Source of the DNA: Bifidobacteriaceae bacterium
GTDB lineage: Bacteria; Actinomycetota; Actinomycetes; Actinomycetales; WQXJ01
Reading direction: 5' to 3'
DNA length: 64,000 bases
Assembly: GCA_031270825.1 (NCBI GenBank)
Contig: JAISXH010000044.1
Location: 29,444-93,443, forward strand
Below, piece after piece: positions 56,202 through 64,000 of this stretch. Each line of letters starts with the position of its first letter. Within the stretch, counting starts at the first letter, position 1. Below the pieces are notes generated by a model that was not told where the DNA came from, searched no databases, and saw only the letters and a list, made by a program, of their open reading frames with translations. The position numbers were made by a program, and so were the translations under genes.

Positions 56202-57461
56202 CTAGCGGGACAGCCCCAGCGCCTGGCGCATGGGCGCCAGTTTGGCCTCGGTTTCGGCCAACTCGGCCTCAGGGTCGGAGGCGGCCACAATGCCGCCGCC
56301 GGCCCACAGCCGGGCCGCGCGGCGGTCTGGGCTGAGCTGGGCGCAGCGCAGGGCAATGCCCCATTCGCCGTCGCCGTTGGCGTCGATCCAGCCGACCGGC
56401 CCGCTATAGCGGCCCCGGTCTTGGCCTTCCAAGCGCCCGATGACGTCCGCCGCCGCCGCCGCCGGGGTGCCGCACACAGCCGCGCTGGGATGCAGCGCCG
56501 CCGCCAAGGCGAGGACTCCGGGCGTGCGCCCGGACGGCGTCCGCTTGAGTTCGCCCACCACGTCGGTGGCCAGGTGCATGACGTTGGGCAGATGCAGCAC
56601 CGAAGGAACTTCCGGGACGGCCAATTCTTCGACGAACGGCTCCAGCGCGGCCACCACCGAGGCGACCGCGAACTCGTGTTCCTCAAGGTCTTTCGAGGAC
56701 CGGGCGAGGGCGGCGGCGCGGGCCAGATTGGCGTGGTCGGAGCCGCTGCGCTGAATCGTGCCGGCCAACACCCGCGAGGTGACCAAACCGCGGCTGGAAC
56801 GGATCAGCAACTCTGGCGTGGCGCCGATCAGGCCGTCCACGGCGAATGTCCAGGTGTCGCGGTAGCGGTGGGCCAGGAAGTCGAGCACCGGCCGGGAATC
56901 GATCCCGCCCGCGGCGGCGCGGGCCACCACCGACCGGGCCAAGACCACTTTGTCGATCGCGCCGGCCGCTATCAGCGCCATGGCGCGGCCAACCACCTCC
57001 GGCCAGTCGGCGGCGCTGACGGGACCGGGCGCCTCGGCTAAGCGGGGAAGCGGGGCTGGTGGCACGGCATCGTCCACGGCGTCGCTGGCCGGGGACCCGC
57101 CGGCCGTGGCGGTGGTGATCCACTGGCGTCCCCGGTGCCTGGCCATGAGCAGGCGCGGCACCACCAAGACCGAGGGCGCGGACGAGGAGTCGGCGAAAGC
57201 GAACGACCCGAACGCCCGCGGCCCCACGGCGGGCTGCTCGGCCGGCCCTGCGAAGGCGGCGCGGTTCAACACCGCTCGCCACCAGGCCTCGGCCGCATGG
57301 AAACGGTCCGGACCGGCGGTCTCGAAGCGCGCGGCCTCACCCAAACCGACAAAACCTTCGCCTCGCCGCAGCCAAACCAGCGGATCGGGGCCGAGCGGAG
57401 CCGCCAGCAAGTCGTCTGGCGCCGTGGCCGGCCGGGTCGCGAAAGTGATGTCGGGAAGCAT
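56202..57461 (-). CDS. menF: Isochorismate synthase.
   Basis: ORF track. Chorismate-binding motifs: LHPSAAVCGTP, GRYSGPVGW, GGGIVAASDPEAELAETEAK. Confidence 0.85.
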   Translation of the reverse strand: MLPDITFATRPATAPDDLLAAPLGPDPLVWLRRGEGFVGLGEAARFETAGPDRFHAAEAWWRAVLNRAAFAGPAEQPAVGPRAFGSFAFADSSSAPSVLVVPRLLMARHRGRQWITTATAGGSPASDAVDDAVPPAPLPRLAEAPGPVSAADWPEVVGRAMALIAAGAIDKVVLARSVVARAAAGGIDSRPVLDFLAHRYRDTWTFAVDGLIGATPELLIRSSRGLVTSRVLAGTIQRSGSDHANLARAAALARSSKDLEEHEFAVASVVAALEPFVEELAVPEVPSVLHLPNVMHLATDVVGELKRTPSGRTPGVLALAAALHPSAAVCGTPAAAAADVIGRLEGQDRGRYSGPVGWIDANGDGEWGIALRCAQLSPDRRAARLWAGGGIVAASDPEAELAETEAKLAPMRQALGLSR

Positions 57462-57472
57462 CGCCGGATCAG

Positions 57473-57599
57473 CCTAGCAAACCGGGAACAAACCGGTTTC
57501 CTAGGCCGAAGCAGCGCTTGCCTTCCGCGTTTCCGCTGGTCAGCGTTCCGCTGCCCTGCGTCAACACGGTCGGAGCGTGGTTGTTCACCACGCTCCTAA
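57473..57599 (-). repeat. Copy C (full length) of the dispersed hairpin-ended element.
   Basis: Its reverse complement aligns end to end with copy A, with about 110 of 127 positions identical by hand. Hairpin 1 is 57572..57596; hairpin 2 is 57479..57499. It lies in the menF/menG divergent region and ends 11 nt from the menF ATG. Confidence 0.8.
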
Positions 57600-57639
57600 C
57601 GCTTCGATAGTTAGGAATCGGGACCGGTGACCGCTTTAC

Positions 57640-58374
57640 ATGTCGCGTTGGCATGCGATCATGAGGGGCGTGACAGCAGCCGATCTCGCCAAGGAGCCAC
57701 GCTCTGTCGCCTCCATGTTTGACGCGGTGGCGCCGAATTACGATTTCGCCGATGCCGTTATGACCTTGGGTTTGGTCAACTGGTGGCGGCGTCAAACGCT
57801 GGCCGAGGTCGACCCCCGGCCGGGCGAACGGATACTCGACCTGGCGGCGGGCACCTGCTCGTCTTCAGTCGCGCTGGCGAAACGAGGCGCCCGCGTGGTC
57901 GCCTGCGACTTCTCCGAGGGCATGCTCCGGCAAGGCCGGCGTCGCTTGGGCGTGTGGTCCTACCAGGTCGGGCTGATCGGGGGCGATGCCACCGGTCTGC
58001 CCTTCGCCGACGGCGTCTTCGACAAGGTCACGATCTCCTTCGGCCTGCGTAACGTGCAAGACGTGCCCCAGGCCCTGGCAGAATTGCGCCGGGTCGCCAA
58101 GCCCGGCGGCGCGCTGGTCGTGTGCGAGTTCTCGCGGCCGGTTTGGCGCCCCTACCGGGCGCTCTACCGCTGGTATCTGACGTATGTGATGCCGGTCGTG
58201 GCCAAGGTGGTGGCCACCAACTCGCCCGCCTACCGGTACCTGGCCGAATCGATCTGGGCTTGGGCGGATCAGGCCGAATTGGAGCGCCAGCTCGAACTGG
58301 CGGGCTGGACCCGAGCTTCTCACCGCAACGTGATGGGCGGAATCGTCGCGCTGCACACGGCCACCGCCAATTGA
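57640..58374 (+). CDS. menG: Demethylmenaquinone methyltransferase (UbiE/MenG family).
   Basis: ORF track; ATG 57661 is an alternative start. Motifs: MFDAVAPNYD, SAM motif ILDLAAGTC, ISFGLRNV. Confidence 0.9.
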   Translation: MSRWHAIMRGVTAADLAKEPRSVASMFDAVAPNYDFADAVMTLGLVNWWRRQTLAEVDPRPGERILDLAAGTCSSSVALAKRGARVVACDFSEGMLRQGRRRLGVWSYQVGLIGGDATGLPFADGVFDKVTISFGLRNVQDVPQALAELRRVAKPGGALVVCEFSRPVWRPYRALYRWYLTYVMPVVAKVVATNSPAYRYLAESIWAWADQAELERQLELAGWTRASHRNVMGGIVALHTATAN

Positions 58375-58426
58375 GCGCGGGAAACCAATAATAAAACGAC
58401 ATTACTGTTCCGTAATTGCTTTAGGG

Positions 58427-58447
58427 CTCCCAGATTGATGCTGGGAG
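58427..58447 (+). terminator. Hairpin CTCCCAG-attgatg-CTGGGAG in the AT-rich spacer after menG.
   Basis: 7-bp perfect stem, read directly. It is followed by a TAGAAT -10-like hexamer at 58468..58473, upstream of the next gene. Confidence 0.4.
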
Positions 58448-58526
58448 GGACAGTCGGCCAGCTTATGTAGAATCTGTGTGTTCCAGGTCAAGCGAGTGTT
58501 CAAGCGAGAGGCGGCCCGTGCACCCG

Positions 58527-59807
58527 ATGTCAGGTGGCGATTCGAATGTGATCGTCGTTGGCGCCGGACCCGCCGGAGCCACGGTCGCCGCCCACCTCGC
58601 CAACGCCGGCGTCGACACCTTGGTGCTGGAGAAGTCGGCCTTCCCCCGCGCCAAGGCCTGCGGGGACGGCCTGACGCCGCGTGCGGTCAGGGAACTGATC
58701 TACTTGGGACTGCCTTTCGCCGAAGCGGACGGCTGGATGCGCAACCGCGGTCTGCGGGTCTTCGGCGGCGGCCACGAACTTGAACTGCCTTGGCCGGCGC
58801 TGGCGTCCTTCCCGGACTTCGGGCTGACCCTGCCGCGCGAGGAGCTCGACTTCAAATTGGCCCGTCACGCCGTGCGGGCCGGCGCCCAGCTGGTGGAGAA
58901 CGTGACTGTGACAGGACCGCTGCTGGACGACGCAAGCGGGCGAGTGATCGGCGTCGCCGCCGCCACGCCGGAGGGGTTGCGTGAGTTCCGGGCTCCGCTG
59001 GTGGTGGCCGCAGATGGCGTCTCGGCCCGGCTGGCGACGGCCGTCGGCCGTCTCAAGAAGACCAACCGCCCAGTCGGGGTGGCCGTTCGCGCCCGTTTGC
59101 GTTTGCGCCGTCCGCCGACCCGTCCGGGCCAGTTGGAGTGGATGGAGTCGCATCTGGAACTGTGGGACGGCCCGCGCCAGGAGGGCAAACTGATGCCCGG
59201 CTACGGCTGGGTCTTCCCGGAGGCGGGCGGCTTGGTCAACGTCGGCGTGGGTTCGGTCGCCTCGAGGGCCCAGAGCTCCAAGGTCAACTACCGCCGCCTG
59301 CTCAGCAAGTGGTTGGACTCCCTGGGCCCGCTGTGGGGTTTCACCGAGGAGGACGTTGTCGACCAGCCGCGTTCGGCCGCCTTGCCGATGGCTTTCAACC
59401 GCGGGCCGTTGTACGCGCGCGGTTTGGTCTTGGTGGGCGATGCCGGCGGAATGGTTTCGCCCTTCGACGGCGAGGGGATCGCTTATGCCATGCAATCGGG
59501 CCGGATCGCCGCCGGGGCGATCGCGCAAGGGCTGGCGCGCCCGCCCGGGGCAGGCCGCGAGGCGGCGCTCAGGACATACCCTGAATTGATGAAAGAATTG
59601 CTCGGAGGGTATTTCTCTTTGGGTAGGGTTTTTGTGAAGCTGATCGAGCATCCATCCGTCATGCGGGTGTGCACGCGGTATGGATTGCCGCGTCCAACGT
59701 TGATGAAACTGGTCATGAAGCTTCTCAGCGACCTTTATGAACCGCGTGGGGGTGACTGGATGGACAGAACCATCGCCACGCTTGCTCGAATGGCGCCAGC
59801 GGCATGA
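58527..59807 (+). CDS. Geranylgeranyl reductase family flavoprotein (menaquinone side-chain reductase MenJ-like).
   Basis: ORF 58476..59807, with the start at ATG 58527. FAD motif VIVVGAGPAGATVA, then ACGDGLTPRA and GDAGGMVSPFDGEGI. Confidence 0.8.
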   Translation: MSGGDSNVIVVGAGPAGATVAAHLANAGVDTLVLEKSAFPRAKACGDGLTPRAVRELIYLGLPFAEADGWMRNRGLRVFGGGHELELPWPALASFPDFGLTLPREELDFKLARHAVRAGAQLVENVTVTGPLLDDASGRVIGVAAATPEGLREFRAPLVVAADGVSARLATAVGRLKKTNRPVGVAVRARLRLRRPPTRPGQLEWMESHLELWDGPRQEGKLMPGYGWVFPEAGGLVNVGVGSVASRAQSSKVNYRRLLSKWLDSLGPLWGFTEEDVVDQPRSAALPMAFNRGPLYARGLVLVGDAGGMVSPFDGEGIAYAMQSGRIAAGAIAQGLARPPGAGREAALRTYPELMKELLGGYFSLGRVFVKLIEHPSVMRVCTRYGLPRPTLMKLVMKLLSDLYEPRGGDWMDRTIATLARMAPAA

Positions 59808-59841
59808 GCGGCGGCTGGCCACACGTAGGTGGAGGTTTGAA

Positions 59842-60225
59842 GTGACGAACCCGTTTGTGCCCATCTTGGCGATGCTCGCGGTGGCGGTCGTGATGGGCTT
59901 CGGCGGCCTGGCGGCCAGCTGGGTGATCGGTCCGCACCGGTATAACAAGGCCAAGCTGGAGGAGTATGAATGCGGCGTCCAGCCCAGCCCGCATCCGCGC
60001 CAGGGCGGCCGCTTCCCGGTCCGCTTCTACCTGGTGGCGATGACTTTCATCGTCTTCGACATCGAGGTCGTGTTCTTGTATCCCTGGGCTGCCAACTTCG
60101 ACGCCTTGGGGTTGGGGGCGACCATCGCCATGATGGCCTTCCTGGCTCTGATCACCGTGCCGCTGATCTACGAATGGCGCCGCGGCGGCCTCGATTGGGA
60201 CGGAGGCGAGTCAGAGGATGGCTGA
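59842..60225 (+). CDS. nuoA: NADH-quinone oxidoreductase subunit A.
   Basis: ORF 59737..60225, with the start at GTG 59842 (GGTGGAGG RBS). Motifs: [16 protein letters not shown]. Confidence 0.9.
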   Translation: MTNPFVPILAMLAVAVVMGFGGLAASWVIGPHRYNKAKLEEYECGVQPSPHPRQGGRFPVRFYLVAMTFIVFDIEVVFLYPWAANFDALGLGATIAMMAFLALITVPLIYEWRRGGLDWDGGESEDG

Positions 60226-60778
60226 CGGAATTGAAGGTCGCGCGCCTGAGGGCTTCGCGCTGACAACCCTCGCCAAGGTCGTGAACCACCTCCGGGCCGG
60301 TTCGCTGTGGCCGGTCACCATGGGTCTGGCCTGCTGTTCGATCGAAATGATGGCGGTCGGCACCTCCCGTTTCGACATCTCCCGCTTCGGCATGGAGGTG
60401 TTCCGAGCCTCGCCCCGCCAAGCCGACCTGATGCTGGTCAACGGACGCATGTCGCACAAGATGGCGCCGATCGTGCGTCGGGTCTACGACCAAATGGCGG
60501 ACCCCAAGTGGGTCATCTCGATGGGATCTTGCGCCTCGTCCGGCGGCATCTTCAACAACTACGCGATCGTCCAGGGAGTGGACCACGTCGTGCCGGTGGA
60601 CGTGTACATCCCGGGCTGCCCGCCCCGCCCCGAAATGCTGATCCACGCCATCATCGAGCTGTACAGCCAGATCGAGTCGGAAGGCCTCGGCGTGGACCGG
60701 GTCAAAGCCGCCCGCGCCGCCGAGGACGCGGCCATGAACGCGGCGCCGGTCGGCGCTCTGAGGGGGTTGTTGGTATGA
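60218..60778 (+). CDS. nuoB: NADH-quinone oxidoreductase subunit B.
   Basis: ORF track. Fe-S N2 ligands: [28 protein letters not shown]. Confidence 0.95.
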   Translation: MADGIEGRAPEGFALTTLAKVVNHLRAGSLWPVTMGLACCSIEMMAVGTSRFDISRFGMEVFRASPRQADLMLVNGRMSHKMAPIVRRVYDQMADPKWVISMGSCASSGGIFNNYAIVQGVDHVVPVDVYIPGCPPRPEMLIHAIIELYSQIESEGLGVDRVKAARAAEDAAMNAAPVGALRGLLV

Positions 60779-61518
60779 GCGCGCCAACCGACCACAATGC
60801 CGGCCAAGACGCCGGCCCCCGCCCGAGCCAGGAGTTGACGCCAGGCCCCCAGTCCGGCGGCCCTGAGGTCACCGAGGTCCGCCACGGCGCCTTCGGGGTG
60901 CACGGCAGCGGTGACACCTCCGGGTTTGGCGGGCTGACCCGTTTGGCGCAGATCCCCGGTTCCAGCGGGCGTCCCTACGGCGGTTGGCACGATGCCGTGG
61001 TTGACGCTTTGGTCGAAGATCTGGCCGGCGAAGGCCTCACCGAGGCGATCGAGAAGGTCGTTGTCGACCGCGAGGAGCTGACCTTGTTCATCCGCCGCCA
61101 AGACCTGGTCGCCGTGGCCCGGTTCTTGCGCGATGACCAGGACCTGCGCTTCGAGTTGTCATTGGGGGTGAACGGCGTCCACTATCCGCAGGACCGGGGC
61201 CGCGAGTTGCACGCCGTCTACCACCTGATGTCCGTCACCCACGATCGGCGGATCATCCGCCTCGAGGTGACCGCGCCGGACGAGGATCCCCACATTCCCA
61301 GCTTGTTCGACTTGTACCCGACCCAGGACTGGCATGAGCGCGAGACCTACGACATGTTCGGGATCGTCTTCGACGGCCATCCTGACTTGACCCGCATCTT
61401 GATGCCGACCGACTGGATTGGTCATCCCCAACGCAAGGATTATCCGCTTGGCGGAGTCGATGTGCAGTTCAAAGGCGCCTCGACGCCGCCGCCGGATCAA
61501 AGGAGGAGCTACTCATGA
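60775..61518 (+). CDS. nuoC: NADH-quinone oxidoreductase subunit C.
   Basis: ORF 60307..61518. ATG 60775 overlaps the nuoB stop (ATGA). Motif [20 protein letters not shown]. Confidence 0.9.
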   Translation: MSAPTDHNAGQDAGPRPSQELTPGPQSGGPEVTEVRHGAFGVHGSGDTSGFGGLTRLAQIPGSSGRPYGGWHDAVVDALVEDLAGEGLTEAIEKVVVDREELTLFIRRQDLVAVARFLRDDQDLRFELSLGVNGVHYPQDRGRELHAVYHLMSVTHDRRIIRLEVTAPDEDPHIPSLFDLYPTQDWHERETYDMFGIVFDGHPDLTRILMPTDWIGHPQRKDYPLGGVDVQFKGASTPPPDQRRSYS

Positions 61519-62828
61519 CCAGCCTTGACGAGGCGACGGAAGAGTTCGTCGCCTTTGGCGGCGACTGGGATGAGATCGCCCAGGAACTCGCTCGCCGCAA
61601 GGAGGAGCGCGTGGTCGTCAACATGGGCCCGCAGCATCCCTCGACCCATGGCGTGTTGCGCCTGGTGTTGGAGCTGGACGGCGAAACGGTGCGGGAGACT
61701 CGTGTGGCGCTCGGCTTCCTGCACACCGGAATCGAAAAGACGATGGAGTACCGGACCTGGGCGCAGGGCTCGGCCCTGGCCACCCGGATGGACTACGTCG
61801 CCTCGATCATGAACGAGGCGGCCTACTGCTTCGCGGTCGAAAAGCTGGCCGGCATCACCGATCGGATTCCGCCGCGGGCCCAGGTCATCCGGGTCTTGAT
61901 GATGGAACTGGCGCGGGTGTCATCGCATCTGGTCTGCCTCGGTTCGGCCGGCAACGAGTTGGGCGGCACCACGCTGATGACCATCGCTTTCCGCGAGCGC
62001 GAGCAGGTCCTGCGCTTCTTCGAGATGGTCACCGGACAGCGCATGAACAACGCCTACTTCCGTCCCGGCGGCGTTTCCCAAGACCTCCCGCCGGAGGCGT
62101 TGGGCTGGCTGAAGGGGGTCTACCGGTCCATGGTTCGCGGCATGGACGATTTCGACAACATGGTCATGGTCAACCCGATCTGGAAGGCCCGCACGCTTGG
62201 GATCGGCGTCCTCAACTTGTCCGCCTGCATGGCGCTCGGCATCACCGGGCCCATGGTCCGGGCCGCGGGGCTGCCTTTGGACCTGCGCAAGGACAAGCCC
62301 TACTGCGGCTATGAGAACTACGATTTCGAGATCTGCACCACTGACACGGCCGATGTTTACGGCCGCTACCTGGTTCGGTCGAATGAGATGCGCGAGTCGA
62401 TGAAGATCATCGCCCAGTGCGTCGACAAGCTTGAGGCCATGGGCGAAGGCCCAGTCATGATCGAAGACCCGGCGATCGCCTGGCCGGCCAAGCTGGAGAT
62501 CGGCCCGGACGGACAAGGCCAGTCCCACGAGCACGTCAAGGAGATCATGGCGACTTCGATGGAGTCTTTGATCCACCACTTCAAGCTGGTGACCGAGGGC
62601 TTCCGGGTCCCGGCCGGCCAGGCTTTCCACGCCATCGAGCACGCCAAGGGCGTCTACGGCGTCCACGTCGTCTCTGACGGCGGCACCCGCCCGTACCGGG
62701 TGCATATGCGCGAACCCTCATACAACAACCTCCAGTCGATGTCAGCGTTGTGCGACGGCGGCACCATCTCCGATGTGGTGGTCTGCTTGGCCTCGATCGA
62801 CCCGGTGATGGGAGGAGTGGACCGATGA
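61515..62828 (+). CDS. nuoD: NADH-quinone oxidoreductase subunit D.
   Basis: ORF track. Motifs: [26 protein letters not shown] overlap with nuoC. Confidence 0.95.
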   Translation: MTSLDEATEEFVAFGGDWDEIAQELARRKEERVVVNMGPQHPSTHGVLRLVLELDGETVRETRVALGFLHTGIEKTMEYRTWAQGSALATRMDYVASIMNEAAYCFAVEKLAGITDRIPPRAQVIRVLMMELARVSSHLVCLGSAGNELGGTTLMTIAFREREQVLRFFEMVTGQRMNNAYFRPGGVSQDLPPEALGWLKGVYRSMVRGMDDFDNMVMVNPIWKARTLGIGVLNLSACMALGITGPMVRAAGLPLDLRKDKPYCGYENYDFEICTTDTADVYGRYLVRSNEMRESMKIIAQCVDKLEAMGEGPVMIEDPAIAWPAKLEIGPDGQGQSHEHVKEIMATSMESLIHHFKLVTEGFRVPAGQAFHAIEHAKGVYGVHVVSDGGTRPYRVHMREPSYNNLQSMSALCDGGTISDVVVCLASIDPVMGGVDR

Positions 62829-63532
62829 CCTACGCGCCGGAAACGTTGACGGCTCTGCGGGCCGATGCCGACCAGGTGGTCGCGCGCTACCCCTCGCCCC
62901 GCAGCGCCCTGCTGCCATTGCTGCACCTATGCCAGTCGGTGGACGGCTACATCTCGCCGGACGCGATCGCCTTTTGCGCCGACCGGCTGGAGTTGACCGC
63001 CGCCGAGGTCAGCGCCGTGGCCACTTTCTACAGTCAGTTCAAGCGGCAGCCGAACGGCCAGTACACCCTGGGCGTCTGCATCACCTCGCTGTGCGGCCTG
63101 TTGGGAGGGGACGCGATTTTCGCGAAGCTGAGCGAGTACCTGGCGGTCGGGAACGATCAGACCACCGCAGACGGGATGTTCACGCTCGAGCGCGTCGAAT
63201 GCAACGCCGCCTGCGACTACGCGCCGGTGCTGATGATCAACTGGGAGTTCTTCGACAACCAGACGCCGGCCAGCGCGGTCGGGCTGGTTGAGGACCTGCG
63301 GGCGGGCAAATCGGTCCGTCCAACCCGCGGCCCCGACAAATTGGGGACCTTCAAAGAGATCTCGCGGGTCTTAGCCGGCTTCGAGGACGGCCACGCCAAC
63401 GAGGGCCCGGCTGCCGGCGCCCCGTCTCTGGCGGGCCTGGAGCTGGCCGCCCGTGAGGGCTGGTCCGCTCCGGGCCCGATTGGGGACGGGTCTGATTCCA
63501 GTCATCCCCAAGAAGCGGGAGACCCCAAATGA
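62825..63532 (+). CDS. nuoE: NADH-quinone oxidoreductase subunit E.
   Basis: ORF 62750..63532. ATG 62825 overlaps the nuoD stop. 2Fe-2S ligands: [16 protein letters not shown]. Confidence 0.9.
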   Translation: MTYAPETLTALRADADQVVARYPSPRSALLPLLHLCQSVDGYISPDAIAFCADRLELTAAEVSAVATFYSQFKRQPNGQYTLGVCITSLCGLLGGDAIFAKLSEYLAVGNDQTTADGMFTLERVECNAACDYAPVLMINWEFFDNQTPASAVGLVEDLRAGKSVRPTRGPDKLGTFKEISRVLAGFEDGHANEGPAAGAPSLAGLELAAREGWSAPGPIGDGSDSSHPQEAGDPK

Positions 63533-64000
63533 GCACTCTTGCCCCTCTGTTGACTTCGCGATGGGGAGATCCTCAGTCCTGGACCTTGGCGGCCTACCGC
63601 GAAGCCGGCGGCTACCAGGCCCTGGCGAAGGCCTTTGAGATGGAGCCGGCGGCGGTCTTGAACGCTGTCAAGGACTCCGGCCTACGCGGTCGCGGCGGCG
63701 CTGGCTTCCCCACCGGCGTCAAGTGGTCCTTCCTGCCGCCCCCGGACGGCGGCCCGCGCTACCTGGTCGTCAACGCCGACGAATCCGAGCCCGGCACCTG
63801 CAAGGACATCCCCCTGATGATGGCCGATCCGCACTCGCTGATCGAAGGCGTGATCATCACCTCCTATGCGATCGGCTGCCACCACGCTTTCATCTACCTG
63901 CGCGGCGAGGTGGTCCACGTCTACCGGCGCCTCCTCCACGCCGTCAGCGAAGCCCGGGCGGCGGGATTGTTGGGCGATGGGGTGATGGGCACCGATTTCA
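63529..64000 (+). CDS. nuoF: NADH-quinone oxidoreductase subunit F, N-terminal 157 codons; continues past the window end.
   Basis: Not in the ORF track because there is no stop in the window. My translation from ATG 63529 (overlaps the nuoE stop) reads [49 protein letters not shown]. Confidence 0.9.
   Translation, partial: MSTLAPLLTSRWGDPQSWTLAAYREAGGYQALAKAFEMEPAAVLNAVKDSGLRGRGGAGFPTGVKWSFLPPPDGGPRYLVVNADESEPGTCKDIPLMMADPHSLIEGVIITSYAIGCHHAFIYLRGEVVHVYRRLLHAVSEARAAGLLGDGVMGTDF

Overview
This is a GC-rich Actinomycetota chromosomal core segment with about 60 densely packed protein genes, many joined by 4-nt start/stop overlaps. By eye I saw no rRNA, tRNA, CRISPR array, transposase, integrase or phage genes. 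Layout: (i) 1-9.7 kb is a thiol/sulfur block: a partial Xi-class GST (YqjG-like), an unusual GNAT-(GST-C-like)x2 fusion, a MetB/MetI-like enzyme plus a PatB/MalY-like C-S lyase, metX-metY, and bcp. (ii) 10-33 kb holds a RipA-like NlpC/P60 hydrolase, ppa, then a long plus-strand run: dacB, Zn-protease, tilS, hpt, ftsH, folE, folP, fused folB/folK, DUF3180, DUF2520, panC, lysS, lsr2, gpmA, carD, ispF, cysS, a CE7 esterase and rlmB. From memory this run is collinear with M. tuberculosis Rv3628..Rv3579c. (iii) 33-46 kb holds a DUF4032-like gene, msiK, an aldose epimerase, otsA-otsB, trkH-trkA, an Rv0500A-like HTH gene, the 32-aa ribosomal protein bS22 (too short for the ORF track), YceI, a HAD-IB hydrolase, a histidine phosphatase and a PLDc_N protein. 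(iv) 46.7-59.8 kb is a menaquinone cluster (menA, menE, menB, menC, menD, menF, menG, geranylgeranyl reductase) with DUF3048 and HtrA-like genes interspersed. (v) 59.8-64 kb is nuoA-F, with nuoF cut by the window end. Bottom line: I found no convincing self-contained novel multi-gene system such as a defence island; the window is mostly housekeeping. The items most worth a second look are: (a) the GNAT-(Xi-GST C-domain)x2 fusion next to a Xi-GST with a non-canonical CGWNRR active-site motif; (b) a ~127-nt dispersed, hairpin-ended element (3 copies) whose two terminal loops and one stem change in a compensatory way between copies; (c) a 28-nt repeat present as a 2.75-unit tandem array and as a single distant copy; (d) several short intergenic direct repeats and palindromes. 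All family assignments come from reading the translations by eye. No searches were run, and many starts were moved from the ORF track on RBS/homology grounds and remain uncertain.
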